A stretch of DNA of 64,000 bases, from NCBI GenBank assembly GCA_965237955.1, contig OZ250169.1, positions 800,001-864,000 on the forward strand, read 5' to 3'. Made by a program: the position numbers and the translations under genes. This DNA is from Candidatus Marinacidobacterales bacterium. Lineage in GTDB: Bacteria; Acidobacteriota; Vicinamibacteria; Marinacidobacterales; SMYC01. Within the stretch, counting starts at the first letter, position 1. Every line of letters starts with the position of its first letter. The notes under the pieces were generated by a model, which searched no databases, was not told where the DNA came from, and worked only from the letters and a program-made list of their open reading frames with translations. Shown piece by piece: positions 8,927-17,895 of this stretch.

Positions 8927-9966
8927 TGTCCACCTCCAACGAGCCGCGTGTAGACTTCGAGGGGACGATGCTCGACATCCATCGAAGGCAGTGTGGTTAA
9001 GCAGGCTTTTGGAGTTCTTCTCGCGGGTTGGTTTGGCAGTACAAGAGAGCGATATGGCCGCTCAACGAGCGGTCTCAGAGTGGCCCTTTCATCGCGCGCG
9101 AATCGTTCTATCGGTCGTTCGTTGGTTGTGCGATGGAGTCGGACGTTGGCGACGTCACTCAGCCAACGCTCGAGCTGAGCATCGAGGTCGTCATCGTTGA
9201 TAAAGTGGCGACCGTAGAAGAAGCTTCCTCTCACATAGCGGATTGGCCTTTCCACTTTGCCCTTGGTCTTCGCCCGATACGGGCGACACGCTCTTGTTCG
9301 AAACTCCCAGTGGTGGGCGAAGCGGACGAACTCTGGGTTCTCAACGAGAGGGCCACCTTCCCGGCGGTGATCCTCGACGATGACCGAACGCATCTGGTCA
9401 AAAAGGAGCTCTTTGGGAACTCCTCCAAAAAATAGGAAGGCCTGCTCAAGCCCCGCGAACAACGTCCGCATGTCCTGTCGCTTGAAAAACCGAAGCCATA
9501 GCAGCCTCGAGTATCCGAGCACCACGAGAAGTGCCCACCGACGACCCCATGGCAAACGAAAGTGTGCAAAATCGACCTGAGCTTGGTGGCCTGGTGGGGT
9601 CTCGAAACGCACCAGCGGCTCCGCCGGTGGCTGTGGGCGAATCTGCCGCACGTACTCCTTGACCTGCGTGTAGCCGCCTTCATAGCCCGCGGCACGGATC
9701 TCATCATGCAGGCGTACTGAACTCAGCTCCGGGAACTCGTGCAGGCGCGAATGAAGGATCTCCCGGTACGGGTCGATCCTGCGCTCGATCCGCGGACGCT
9801 TCTTGTAGCGCACCGTTTCCTCGTCCAACTCTCGGTCCAGTTGACCCGTCTTTATCCAGTGGTGGACCGTTCGGCGGCTGATTCCTAGCTTGTCTGCTAG
9901 CGCCGCCTTCTTGATTCCCTGCTCCAAATACTCTCGTAGTAACACTCGTTTCTCCCTTCCGTACAT
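8923..9966 (-). CDS. istA: IS21 transposase IstA
   Basis: RFETPPGHQAQVDF, FDQM, KGKVER; overlaps istB. Confidence 0.95.
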   Translation of the reverse strand: MYGREKRVLLREYLEQGIKKAALADKLGISRRTVHHWIKTGQLDRELDEETVRYKKRPRIERRIDPYREILHSRLHEFPELSSVRLHDEIRAAGYEGGYTQVKEYVRQIRPQPPAEPLVRFETPPGHQAQVDFAHFRLPWGRRWALLVVLGYSRLLWLRFFKRQDMRTLFAGLEQAFLFFGGVPKELLFDQMRSVIVEDHRREGGPLVENPEFVRFAHHWEFRTRACRPYRAKTKGKVERPIRYVRGSFFYGRHFINDDDLDAQLERWLSDVANVRLHRTTNERPIERFARDERATLRPLVERPYRSLVLPNQPARRTPKACLTTLPSMDVEHRPLEVYTRLVGGGQ

Positions 9967-10481
9967 CGGCGCCTCCACTCCGGAAACGCCATTCTGATTG
10001 AAGGCGCGCCGTCATGTCTGGCACTCCAGACACACGACAACGGCCTCCTTTTACGGATGGCCGAGTGTGCAATTTTCGTCCGCCATAAGTGTGCAATTTA
10101 CGCCCGCCGCTAACACAACTTCGCCGTTGTCCCAAGCCCATCCTGTCACACACGCCTGACAGGCTCGGTCACGCTGTCGCTGGGGACGACTACTGGGCAT
10201 ATGGCACTCAATCGCCTTGCTGGATTTTCGTGAGCGCCTCACTTGCAGCCTCCGCCAAGGAACCAGTGCAGTGCTGCGTGTCCTTCATCATTATTATAGT
10301 CGGCACCCTGGGCATCAGCGGGGGAACTGTCCGGCGCAGCAGGCTTCTGGCCAGGCTCCTTCGTTGTCCCCCCCCGTCGTGATTCGGCCACAGGCACCCC
10401 ACGATCGGCGGAGCGGGGCGTGCGACTGGCTGTCGCGCGAGCTTCATACATCCCGGTAGAACAATTCAGCCTCGTGGGCGG

Positions 10482-11052
10482 AAACCCTCCGTGTGGTCAA
10501 ATGGAACCCGTCACGTGCTGCTCGTGATATTTCCCTGTTCTTCCGGAGCAATTTCCCTGTTCGCCTATTTCAAATTCCCTGTTCGGTCATCTTAAATTCC
10601 CTGTTATTTCAGAACAGGGAATTACCAGCTAACTATTTGAAATATAGAGGGTTACCACGTCAAGAAACGGCCGGATCGGCACAAAAATGGCCAGAATTCC
10701 CTGTTTTTCCCTGTTATTCTATGGTTACCAGCCGAGACCGGATAGCTCCAACCTGCACCATCCGCCACCCAGTCTGGCCAATTGTGGCACTGCAGAGACG
10801 GGTGAGGTTTTCCGCGCGGTTGGCGGGGTTTTCCAGGATTAGGTGGCACCAGAGACGCGCTAGAAGGGCTGAACGGGCCTCATTTTCGGTTTTCGTCTCT
10901 AATCCCGATTTTCGAGTGCCACGTTTGCGCCAAATAGAGGAGCGGGCGCTGACCGGACCATGCGGCAGCGGAAAAGAGACCACCCGAGAGGCCCAGAATC
11001 GAGGCCGGGGCTACCGCGGCGTAAGTGGGCCTAGCAAGTTCTGGTCCAGGTG
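10482..11052. repeat. Non-coding element with periodic (AAT)TCCCTGTT array, copy 1
   Basis: TCCCTGTT at 10532, 10554, 10576, 10598 (22-bp period), inverted at 10613, two more near 10700; homologous to 15587-16362 and 52451-53198. Confidence 0.85.
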
Positions 11053-11208
11053 CGAGGCGTTGTCGCCTTCGCCGCCGCCGTCGTCCCATTCGACCGCGAA
11101 CCAGCCCTGATCGTCCGCACTTACGGCCCTTGGCCCGGTCGCAAACACGGACACTAAGCTGCTGAATTATCGTCTATTTTAAAGGGCCGAGTTTTGGCAC
11201 AGGACGGG

Positions 11209-11445
11209 ACTTCGAGTCCCGGTCGTGAATGAGATATCGGCTTGAGGACAGAAAGCCGACATCTGCCATGGTCACGTTGCGAGCCACTTGAGTCATCCAC
11301 TGTTCGTTCGGATGCGGCGTGATGCCGGCGACGTGGACTCGACGGGTAGCCAAGTGTATGAAGAACAGAACGTAGTACGTCACCAACCCGCCCCGAGTCC
11401 ACACTTCCGCGGTGAAGAAATCTGTCGCCGTGAGGACATCTGTGT
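11209..11445 (-). pseudogene. Internal rve transposase shard between two end motifs
   Basis: ATDFFTAEV..YLIHDRDSK. Confidence 0.8.
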
Positions 11446-11590
11446 ACTTTTTGCGGAGCACAGGCGGCATGTGGTTTCAGGCGGCACCGTGTTCATGGGT
11501 TCGAGCGTCGTGTCATCGACGTTCGGGTATGCCCAGCTTCTGAGGATCGAACGGCCACGCCCCTGAGCTGGCACGCTTGACCAAAGCCGC

Positions 11591-14062
11591 TTACTGCGCC
11601 GAGACTTCATCTTGGACACTCTCAGACGTAAGAAACAAAGCGATCGGCACGGACTCTATGTAGTTCTTTCGCCCAGAAGTGATGAGCAGTCGATGGACGC
11701 CTTTCACGTTAAAGCCCGCGATCGGTACGGAAAACTCGATGCGTCGTCGAAATCGCGCGGGCGGGCCGGTTGTCGTGCTGCAAGTATCCCACTCGATTCC
11801 CGCCTTGATACTGGCGTTCTCCATGCTGGCCGCGAGCTGTTTCGCAATCTCGTCCACATCAGCGTCCTCGCCTTGTGTCAGCACCGTATTCCAAATGCGC
11901 CGGAAGACACGCCTCATGCGGCCTAATTTTCCGGCGTTCCTGATCTCCAAATTGATCAGCGGATTGGCGTCGATTGTAAATATAAGGCTTGCCAATTTCT
12001 CGGCAAGCGGCGCCCACTGGGAACGGTGACCTACATCCGCCGCTGTGCTCGTGTGTTCGTGCAGTTGCCTCCAATCCGACGGTGCGTCGGTATAGATGGC
12101 AGACCCAGTCAAATGGGCGACGAACAAAGCCAACTCAAGACTCATGCCGCGGAATACCTGATATTCCCCGCTGTCTTTGCCAACCAGGACGGGTTGGAGT
12201 AGCGCAAACGGATCGTTCGCCAGCTTCTCCTTCGTATACTCGATTGTGCATTCAAGTAACTCGGCACCGATGTCGGGTTGGCTTTCGCGAACCATCCGCC
12301 TTAACTCGTCCTCCGGCCGCCGCAACCTCCATCGTTCGAAGTCATCTCTGACCAAGGCCATCCCAAGTCGCATGTCTTTCTCGGTCGGCTTCCAGTTCGC
12401 CGTGCGTTTTTCGACCATTGCCCTAATTGCGCGTCGAAAATCGGCGTTGAATTCCATTGGATCGGGCACAAAATGGACGATGCCGGCGTCGATAAACGGT
12501 TGTAGCGTCAACAAGACGCTCACGTTCTTGAGCATCGGTGATTTGTGCTGTGCCGGCGATTGCGTGGGGCTGTATTCGGATTTCATGTACACCGGGTTCG
12601 GGAACGGGTTCAGAATCACGATCTCGTCGAAGTAGGCGAGAGAGCTGATCACACTCACAGCTATCGTTCGCGGATCAATAAACCCCATGTAGACAGCTCG
12701 AAACACCCCCCTGTCCGGGCGAGGGAGCAGATCGGCGATGTTGGTGTCCTTCGGCCACAGCATCTCCAGCATCTTGTGGATGTCCTTCACTTGGTTATTG
12801 CTCAACTCCCGCCGCACGTCCTCCCATGTCTTCCTCTTGTTCAGTCCAAGAATGTCGATGACTGCATTGCAAAACATCAGGTTACGGTCGCGGAGGCTGT
12901 CGACATCCCACGGCGGCCGATCATCAATCGCCATGCCACTGCAGCATTTCTTGTATCTGTGCCCACTGCCGCAGCCGCACGAATCGTTCGGCGAAGGCTC
13001 TGTCGGCGGAGCCTTCTTCTTCAGAAACTCATGACTGATATCGGTCCGGCCGAATGCATCTTGATAATGCGTCAAACCGTCCTTATAGCCGATGTAGATT
13101 TCCCCGCCGAAGTGCCAAAGCATATCGCTGGGCGGCAGAAGAACCCTGCCGATGTCCTCCCACGCAACCAACCCAGTTTTCTCTGGAAACAGCCACTCCT
13201 CGTCGTACGCTGCAAGGTACTGCCGCGACCTCGTCTTCAGCATAGAATTGATCGAAACAACCTCGTCGGGTGTTAGCATCCGCGTCCGAATCATCGCGTC
13301 CGTACGAATCAGGGTCTGGCCGGAGTATCGTGCGTTCTGCCGTCGAGCGAGCAGATCGACGCCAGCGGGATCCTGAGCATACTCAAGGTTGGTCAGGATG
13401 AGACAGTGATCTGCGTCCAGAGGGAACACCGTCTGCGTGCCCTTCAGATCTATCGAAGGATCCTCCGGATACTGACAGGCAGAGGACGTGGGCGCGCTGG
13501 CAGAGTTGTAGGCCGTGACTGGATGGTCAGTCACGACGAATTTCACATCTGACTTCTCCGCCGAAACGATCTCGCGCACGGACTCAAACCACATCGTACA
13601 ATGCATCTGCCGTAGATGCTGCATCTCCAGCATCAGGTCGATCTGTGTCAGACTCGGATACCTGCTTTTGATCCAATCGAGACCCTTCGGCGTCCTCAGC
13701 CTCTGCGCGTTTAGATATTCAAAGAACCGCTGGAAATACTCGTGGATTACTTGCTGGTCATTGCTGGCGAACGCACGTATTACGGTGGCGCCGCTCGCAT
13801 CGATTCCTCCGAATAGAAACTTCTCGATTTCGTCATTCAACGTGCGTCCAAACCGCATCGTATAGAGGTCTTTCTCTCGGAAACATCGCTTTGGTGAACG
13901 GAGTTCAAGCTCCTTTCCGATGATTATGCGGCCATTGGGAAGCTCGGTCTTCGGAGGATCCCGATCCAAGTACTGGAGTGTGCTCCTCGGCCCGAGAATG
14001 AAACCTTTCTGGTACCAAATCGGGACATAGTGGTTCTGACGGGTAATTCGCGCTTGCTTCAT
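11591..14062 (-). CDS. DUF4238-domain protein with internal SEC-C motif
   Basis: N-terminal NHYVP.WY and VTDHPV motifs; NDSCGCGSGHRYKKCC. Confidence 0.75.
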   Translation of the reverse strand: MKQARITRQNHYVPIWYQKGFILGPRSTLQYLDRDPPKTELPNGRIIIGKELELRSPKRCFREKDLYTMRFGRTLNDEIEKFLFGGIDASGATVIRAFASNDQQVIHEYFQRFFEYLNAQRLRTPKGLDWIKSRYPSLTQIDLMLEMQHLRQMHCTMWFESVREIVSAEKSDVKFVVTDHPVTAYNSASAPTSSACQYPEDPSIDLKGTQTVFPLDADHCLILTNLEYAQDPAGVDLLARRQNARYSGQTLIRTDAMIRTRMLTPDEVVSINSMLKTRSRQYLAAYDEEWLFPEKTGLVAWEDIGRVLLPPSDMLWHFGGEIYIGYKDGLTHYQDAFGRTDISHEFLKKKAPPTEPSPNDSCGCGSGHRYKKCCSGMAIDDRPPWDVDSLRDRNLMFCNAVIDILGLNKRKTWEDVRRELSNNQVKDIHKMLEMLWPKDTNIADLLPRPDRGVFRAVYMGFIDPRTIAVSVISSLAYFDEIVILNPFPNPVYMKSEYSPTQSPAQHKSPMLKNVSVLLTLQPFIDAGIVHFVPDPMEFNADFRRAIRAMVEKRTANWKPTEKDMRLGMALVRDDFERWRLRRPEDELRRMVRESQPDIGAELLECTIEYTKEKLANDPFALLQPVLVGKDSGEYQVFRGMSLELALFVAHLTGSAIYTDAPSDWRQLHEHTSTAADVGHRSQWAPLAEKLASLIFTIDANPLINLEIRNAGKLGRMRRVFRRIWNTVLTQGEDADVDEIAKQLAASMENASIKAGIEWDTCSTTTGPPARFRRRIEFSVPIAGFNVKGVHRLLITSGRKNYIESVPIALFLTSESVQDEVSAQ

Positions 14063-14245
14063 CGCGACGCTTGGTTGTCCGGCTGATGATCTGCAAAATA
14101 GAAGATCGGCCAGAAACAGCCGACCATAGCAGGTCTAAAACGCGCAATCAACGCCGGAGCGTTTTTTGCGGAGCACAACTAAGCTGCTGATTTATGGGCT
14201 ATTTCAAAAGGGCCGAGTTTTGGCACAGGACGGGGTCGAGCAACT

Positions 14246-14476
14246 TCACGAACCCCCTTGGAAGAGGTCGAAAACAAAAACGTGAACAGTCACTCGTCTT
14301 CCCTCATCTTCTTTGCTACGCATCTGGACACGCCACTCCCCAGTCTCTTCGCAAGGCAGGTCACGGAAGAATAGGCGGTGGTCCCTAACCGTACCAGGCA
14401 ACGCGTCCAGTATCTGGGAGAAATTCCTGTTCTTCGAATTGAAAACGATCAGTGACGCCTTAGTCTCAAAAACCAT
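14246..14476 (-). pseudogene. C-terminal shard of a possible PD-(D/E)xK nuclease-family protein
   Basis: TKASLIVFN..NFSQIL..VTVHVFVFDL resembles a recalled restriction-endonuclease-like C-terminus. Confidence 0.3.
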
Positions 14477-14497
14477 TAACTGGAGCTTCTGAGGCTA

Positions 14498-15304
14498 TCA
14501 GAACACCCTTTTGATAATCTTGTTGACCCCAGAAATCAGTTCATCGACTTGAGTCTTCGTAGGTTCAGAATTCCGAGCATGGTTACAGAGATTCCTCAAG
14601 TCCGCGAGATGCTGAATGAATCGCCATGTTGCGACATCCACTACGTCTGCCCCCTTAAGCACTTCGCTGAAGTCACTGATGGTTGGTTTCTTCTTCCGAA
14701 TCGTTAGCGAACGAACTTCGCAGACTTTGTGCAGATGCTTCTCCAAGACCACTCCCGCGATCGCCCCAGCGGCCCGTGTAAACTTTTTCTTGGCTAGCTC
14801 AGACGCGGCGTCGAGTTCCGAATCGAAGAGGTCTGCCGTAACGAGTGACTGAATGTCGAATAGAGAACTCTCGAATCGTGCCTTGACGGCTTTCAGGATG
14901 TTCAACTGCTGCTGGAAGTGTGGGATCGCAGCCTCTGGACCAACGACCTTCTCCCCATGAAAACGTGTGATAGTCAATCCTTGAAGACGGTCTTCGATTC
15001 GATAGTTTTCGTACGTGATTTTTTTGCGAGATCTTGGCTTTTCATAGTGGCGGACGAAATCATCGAGCCGGTCAGGCAAGAGCTGCTTGATAAGAACTTT
15101 TGCCTCCGAATACCACGCTTGATATTCAGAGCTGAACGACGGCAGGCGGCCGGCCAATTTCTTCAGCTCGTCTTTGTCTTTGTCGATCCTTCTTGATTGG
15201 AGTTCGGCCGAAATCTCTTCAACCTTGCACACGTCCTCCAAGACTTCGCCGCGCTCGACGAGAGTTTCCAGATCCTTATTGTATCGGTCGAGATTCGACG
15301 CCAT
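14498..15304 (-). CDS. Protein with C-terminal HEPN-like (DUF4145-like) domain
   Basis: AAGAIAGVVLEKHL ... LADLRNLCNH (R-x4-H). Confidence 0.7.
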   Translation of the reverse strand: MASNLDRYNKDLETLVERGEVLEDVCKVEEISAELQSRRIDKDKDELKKLAGRLPSFSSEYQAWYSEAKVLIKQLLPDRLDDFVRHYEKPRSRKKITYENYRIEDRLQGLTITRFHGEKVVGPEAAIPHFQQQLNILKAVKARFESSLFDIQSLVTADLFDSELDAASELAKKKFTRAAGAIAGVVLEKHLHKVCEVRSLTIRKKKPTISDFSEVLKGADVVDVATWRFIQHLADLRNLCNHARNSEPTKTQVDELISGVNKIIKRVF

Positions 15305-15586
15305 CAGCGATGCTAACTTATTGTGCTCGTCTAAATCGATTACGACTCACTCGAGATTGTATATCATGCAGGTGCTTGCGCTGTTTACTGTTGATAATAT
15401 GTACGTATCCCTTTGAAAAAAGGCGCTTACGCTCCATTTAGCGCGCAGCGAAGGTCACGAGCGCTATTTCGGCTGTAATTTAATGCACCGTAAAGTCTTA
15501 GCGTCATCTCACCAACACTTAATGGCAGAAGCACCGCCACCAACGAAAAATGTGCGGGAATTCGCTTCCGAAACCCACCGGCGTTG

Positions 15587-16362
15587 CCCAGGTCGGAGAT
15601 GGAACTCTTTTGAATTGAACCCCTCACGTGCTGCTCGTGATATTTCCCTGTTCGCTCATCTCAATTCCCTGTTTTCCCAGAGCAATTCGCTGTTCGCCTA
15701 TTTCAAATTCCCTGTTCTTTCGGAACAGGGAATTGCCATCTAACCATTTGAAACATAGAGAGTTATCACGTGAAAAACGGCCGAATCGGCAAAAAATGGC
15801 CCAAATTCCCTGTTAATTCCCTGTTATTGATGGTTTTCAGCCGAGACCGGATAGCTCCAAACTGCCCCATCCGCCACCCAGTCCGGCCGATTGTGGCACT
15901 GCAGAGACGGGTGAGGTTTTCCGCGCAGTTGGCGGGGTTTTGCAGGATCAGGTGGCACCAGAGACGCACTAGAAGGGCTGAACGGGCCTCACTTTCGGTA
16001 TTCGTCTCTAATCTCGATTTTCGAGTGCCACGTTTGCGCCAAAGGGGGGAGCGGGCCGCTGACAGGACCGTGCAGCGCCGGAAAAGAGGCCGCCCGAGGT
16101 ATCCAGAATCAAGGCCAGGGCTACCGCGGCGTAGCCGGCTAGCACGTTCTGGTCCAGGTGCGGCCCGGGCCTAGATCCAGGTCTCCGCCCGGGAGCGTGG
16201 CATCCCGTTGCTGGACGGTGTTTTCCCTGCGCGTACGGGGAACCCGAATCGCCGACATCGCCTCCGACGCGCCCCAAATCTAGGGCTCGCCATGGGTCGA
16301 TGACGATCGAAACGGCCCGGCGCGCGAGTCTTGAGTTCGTTTGTGTTTTTGGACAGGACGGG
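15587..16362. repeat. TCCCTGTT-array element, copy 2
   Basis: Repeats at 15645, 15666, 15687 (degenerate), 15709; begins with the same SRAP 3' tip as copy 3; ends TTTTTGGACAGGACGGG. Confidence 0.85.
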
Positions 16363-16443
16363 GTTGTGCCTTCTATATTATTCATCCGCGCGCACCGCCG
16401 CCCAGCCCATCCTCAATGAGCTGGTTCATGAGACAGCATAGAT

Positions 16444-16475
16444 TGCCGGCTAGTCTGCCGGCTAGTTTGCCGGCT
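16444..16475. repeat. Three 12-bp-spaced direct repeats TGCCGGCT(AGT) upstream of BREX
   Basis: TGCCGGCTAGTC TGCCGGCTAGTT TGCCGGCT. Confidence 0.75.
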
Positions 16476-16511
16476 TTAGATATTGATTCTATCTGCTATG
16501 ATGCCTCCTCC

Positions 16512-17351
16512 ATGGGCGTAATATCCGATTCGAACTTCGAAGCGGGCATTACTGGACTTGCGGACGGCCAGGCCATGGTCTGGGGTTTCCGCTCGGGCGA
16601 CCGAGGCACCCACACCAGCCGCACGATGATGCTGGCGGAGCTTTCAAATCTCTTGAATGCGGCTCCCGGCGAGGCGACCCGAAAGGACTACGCAGATGCG
16701 GTCATGGAGGACAATTGCCTGAGCAAGAGGACAGCGGCGACTCGAAAACTCTCGCTCCAGCGGCTGACTGAGCTCTACGGTCTCGATGCCCACCTGATTT
16801 TGTTCCGGGTGCTGAGAGACCTTTGGGGCCGGCACGAAACCAGTCGGCCGCTCTTGGGGTTGTTGCTAGCTCTCGCTCGAGATCCCCTGCTAAGGGTAAT
16901 CGCGACAGCCGTCATCCGGACGCCGTTTGGCCACGAGTTCGCCCGCCAAACCATGAAAGACGCCCTCTCCGATGCCGTCGGCGATCGACTCAACGAGGCG
17001 ACGCTCGACAAGGTCGTTCGCAATGCCTCGTCCTCGTGGACACAATCCGGCCACTTACACGGACGGGGGCGGAAAACCAGGCAACGCGTGCAGCCGACCT
17101 GCGCCGCAACAACATACGCATTGCTGTTGGGATTTGCTGCGGGCCGTCGTGGCCGCATGCTGTTCGAGACACCTTGGGCCGCCATCCTGGATGTCGGTCC
17201 TGACGAACTCATCGACCTTGCCGTCGATGCCAAGCGGCTAGGGCTACTCGATCTCAAGCAGTCCGGCACGATCATTGATGTGTCCTTTCCGACCATGTTC
17301 ACTGAGAAGGAACGGGAGTTGATTCATGGACCGCATCGACAGGCTGGCTGA
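16512..17351 (+). CDS. BrxA-like BREX protein
   Basis: First gene of the operon, overlaps brxB; helical with SSWTQSGHL motif; assigned mainly by position; start uncertain. Confidence 0.65.
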   Translation: MGVISDSNFEAGITGLADGQAMVWGFRSGDRGTHTSRTMMLAELSNLLNAAPGEATRKDYADAVMEDNCLSKRTAATRKLSLQRLTELYGLDAHLILFRVLRDLWGRHETSRPLLGLLLALARDPLLRVIATAVIRTPFGHEFARQTMKDALSDAVGDRLNEATLDKVVRNASSSWTQSGHLHGRGRKTRQRVQPTCAATTYALLLGFAAGRRGRMLFETPWAAILDVGPDELIDLAVDAKRLGLLDLKQSGTIIDVSFPTMFTEKERELIHGPHRQAG

Positions 17352-17895
17352 GCGCTACAAGAGCTACATCGCGCTACCGTGGCAGAAAGACCTGGCCGGA
17401 GCGCAACGGACCATGTTCATTGTATACGACAAGGCCGATGAGCGACGGCTGCGCGCACGCAAGGATCTGTTCGCGCTGGCCACTACGGAAGCGGGGCATG
17501 GCTGGATCGAATGTGACCTGACCAAGGTCTTCGCGGAGTGGATGGCGAATACGGAGTATCGCGACAGCTACTTCGAATCTCCGGAAGCCCTCGAACTCAA
17601 GCTGGATGATGACTTTCTGGAGCATGTCGCCGGCCGGGTCAGAGCAGCGTTGATGGTGGTGGAAGCAGATGACAAGGCGGTGGTGGGAATCTTTGGGATT
17701 GCCTCGCTGTTCGGATTCGTCCGCGTATCGGAACTCATGAAGGAGATCGAGCGGGATATCAGAGGTCGCGTGGCGGTGTTTTTCCCTGGGGAGTACGAGA
17801 ACAGCAACTATCGGTTGCTGGACGCACGGGATGGGTGGAACTACCTCGCAGTCCCGATCACCCTGCAAGAAGGTCGAGGAGTGTACGAGGCATGA
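17326..17895 (+). CDS. brxB: BREX protein BrxB (DUF1788)
   Basis: SLFGFVRVS..VFFPGEY..YRLLDARDGWNYLA; coupled to brxC by ATGA overlap. Confidence 0.85.
   Translation: MDRIDRLAERYKSYIALPWQKDLAGAQRTMFIVYDKADERRLRARKDLFALATTEAGHGWIECDLTKVFAEWMANTEYRDSYFESPEALELKLDDDFLEHVAGRVRAALMVVEADDKAVVGIFGIASLFGFVRVSELMKEIERDIRGRVAVFFPGEYENSNYRLLDARDGWNYLAVPITLQEGRGVYEA

Larger units (their letters stand above)
8015..10115 (-). mobile_element. Complete IS21-family element
   Basis: TG..CA ends with internal repeats (AAAATTGCACA); 5-bp target duplication CAACT at 8010-8014 and 10116-10120; istA-istB. Confidence 0.95.

Noticed and set aside
10530-10620. TCCCTGTT array as a mini-CRISPR
   Set aside because: A period of 21-22 bp with ~11-bp spacers is far too short
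10730-10772. tRNA-like 3' end (..CATCCGCCA) in the array element
   Set aside because: No T-arm TTC consensus or cloverleaf; at most a degenerate att-like core
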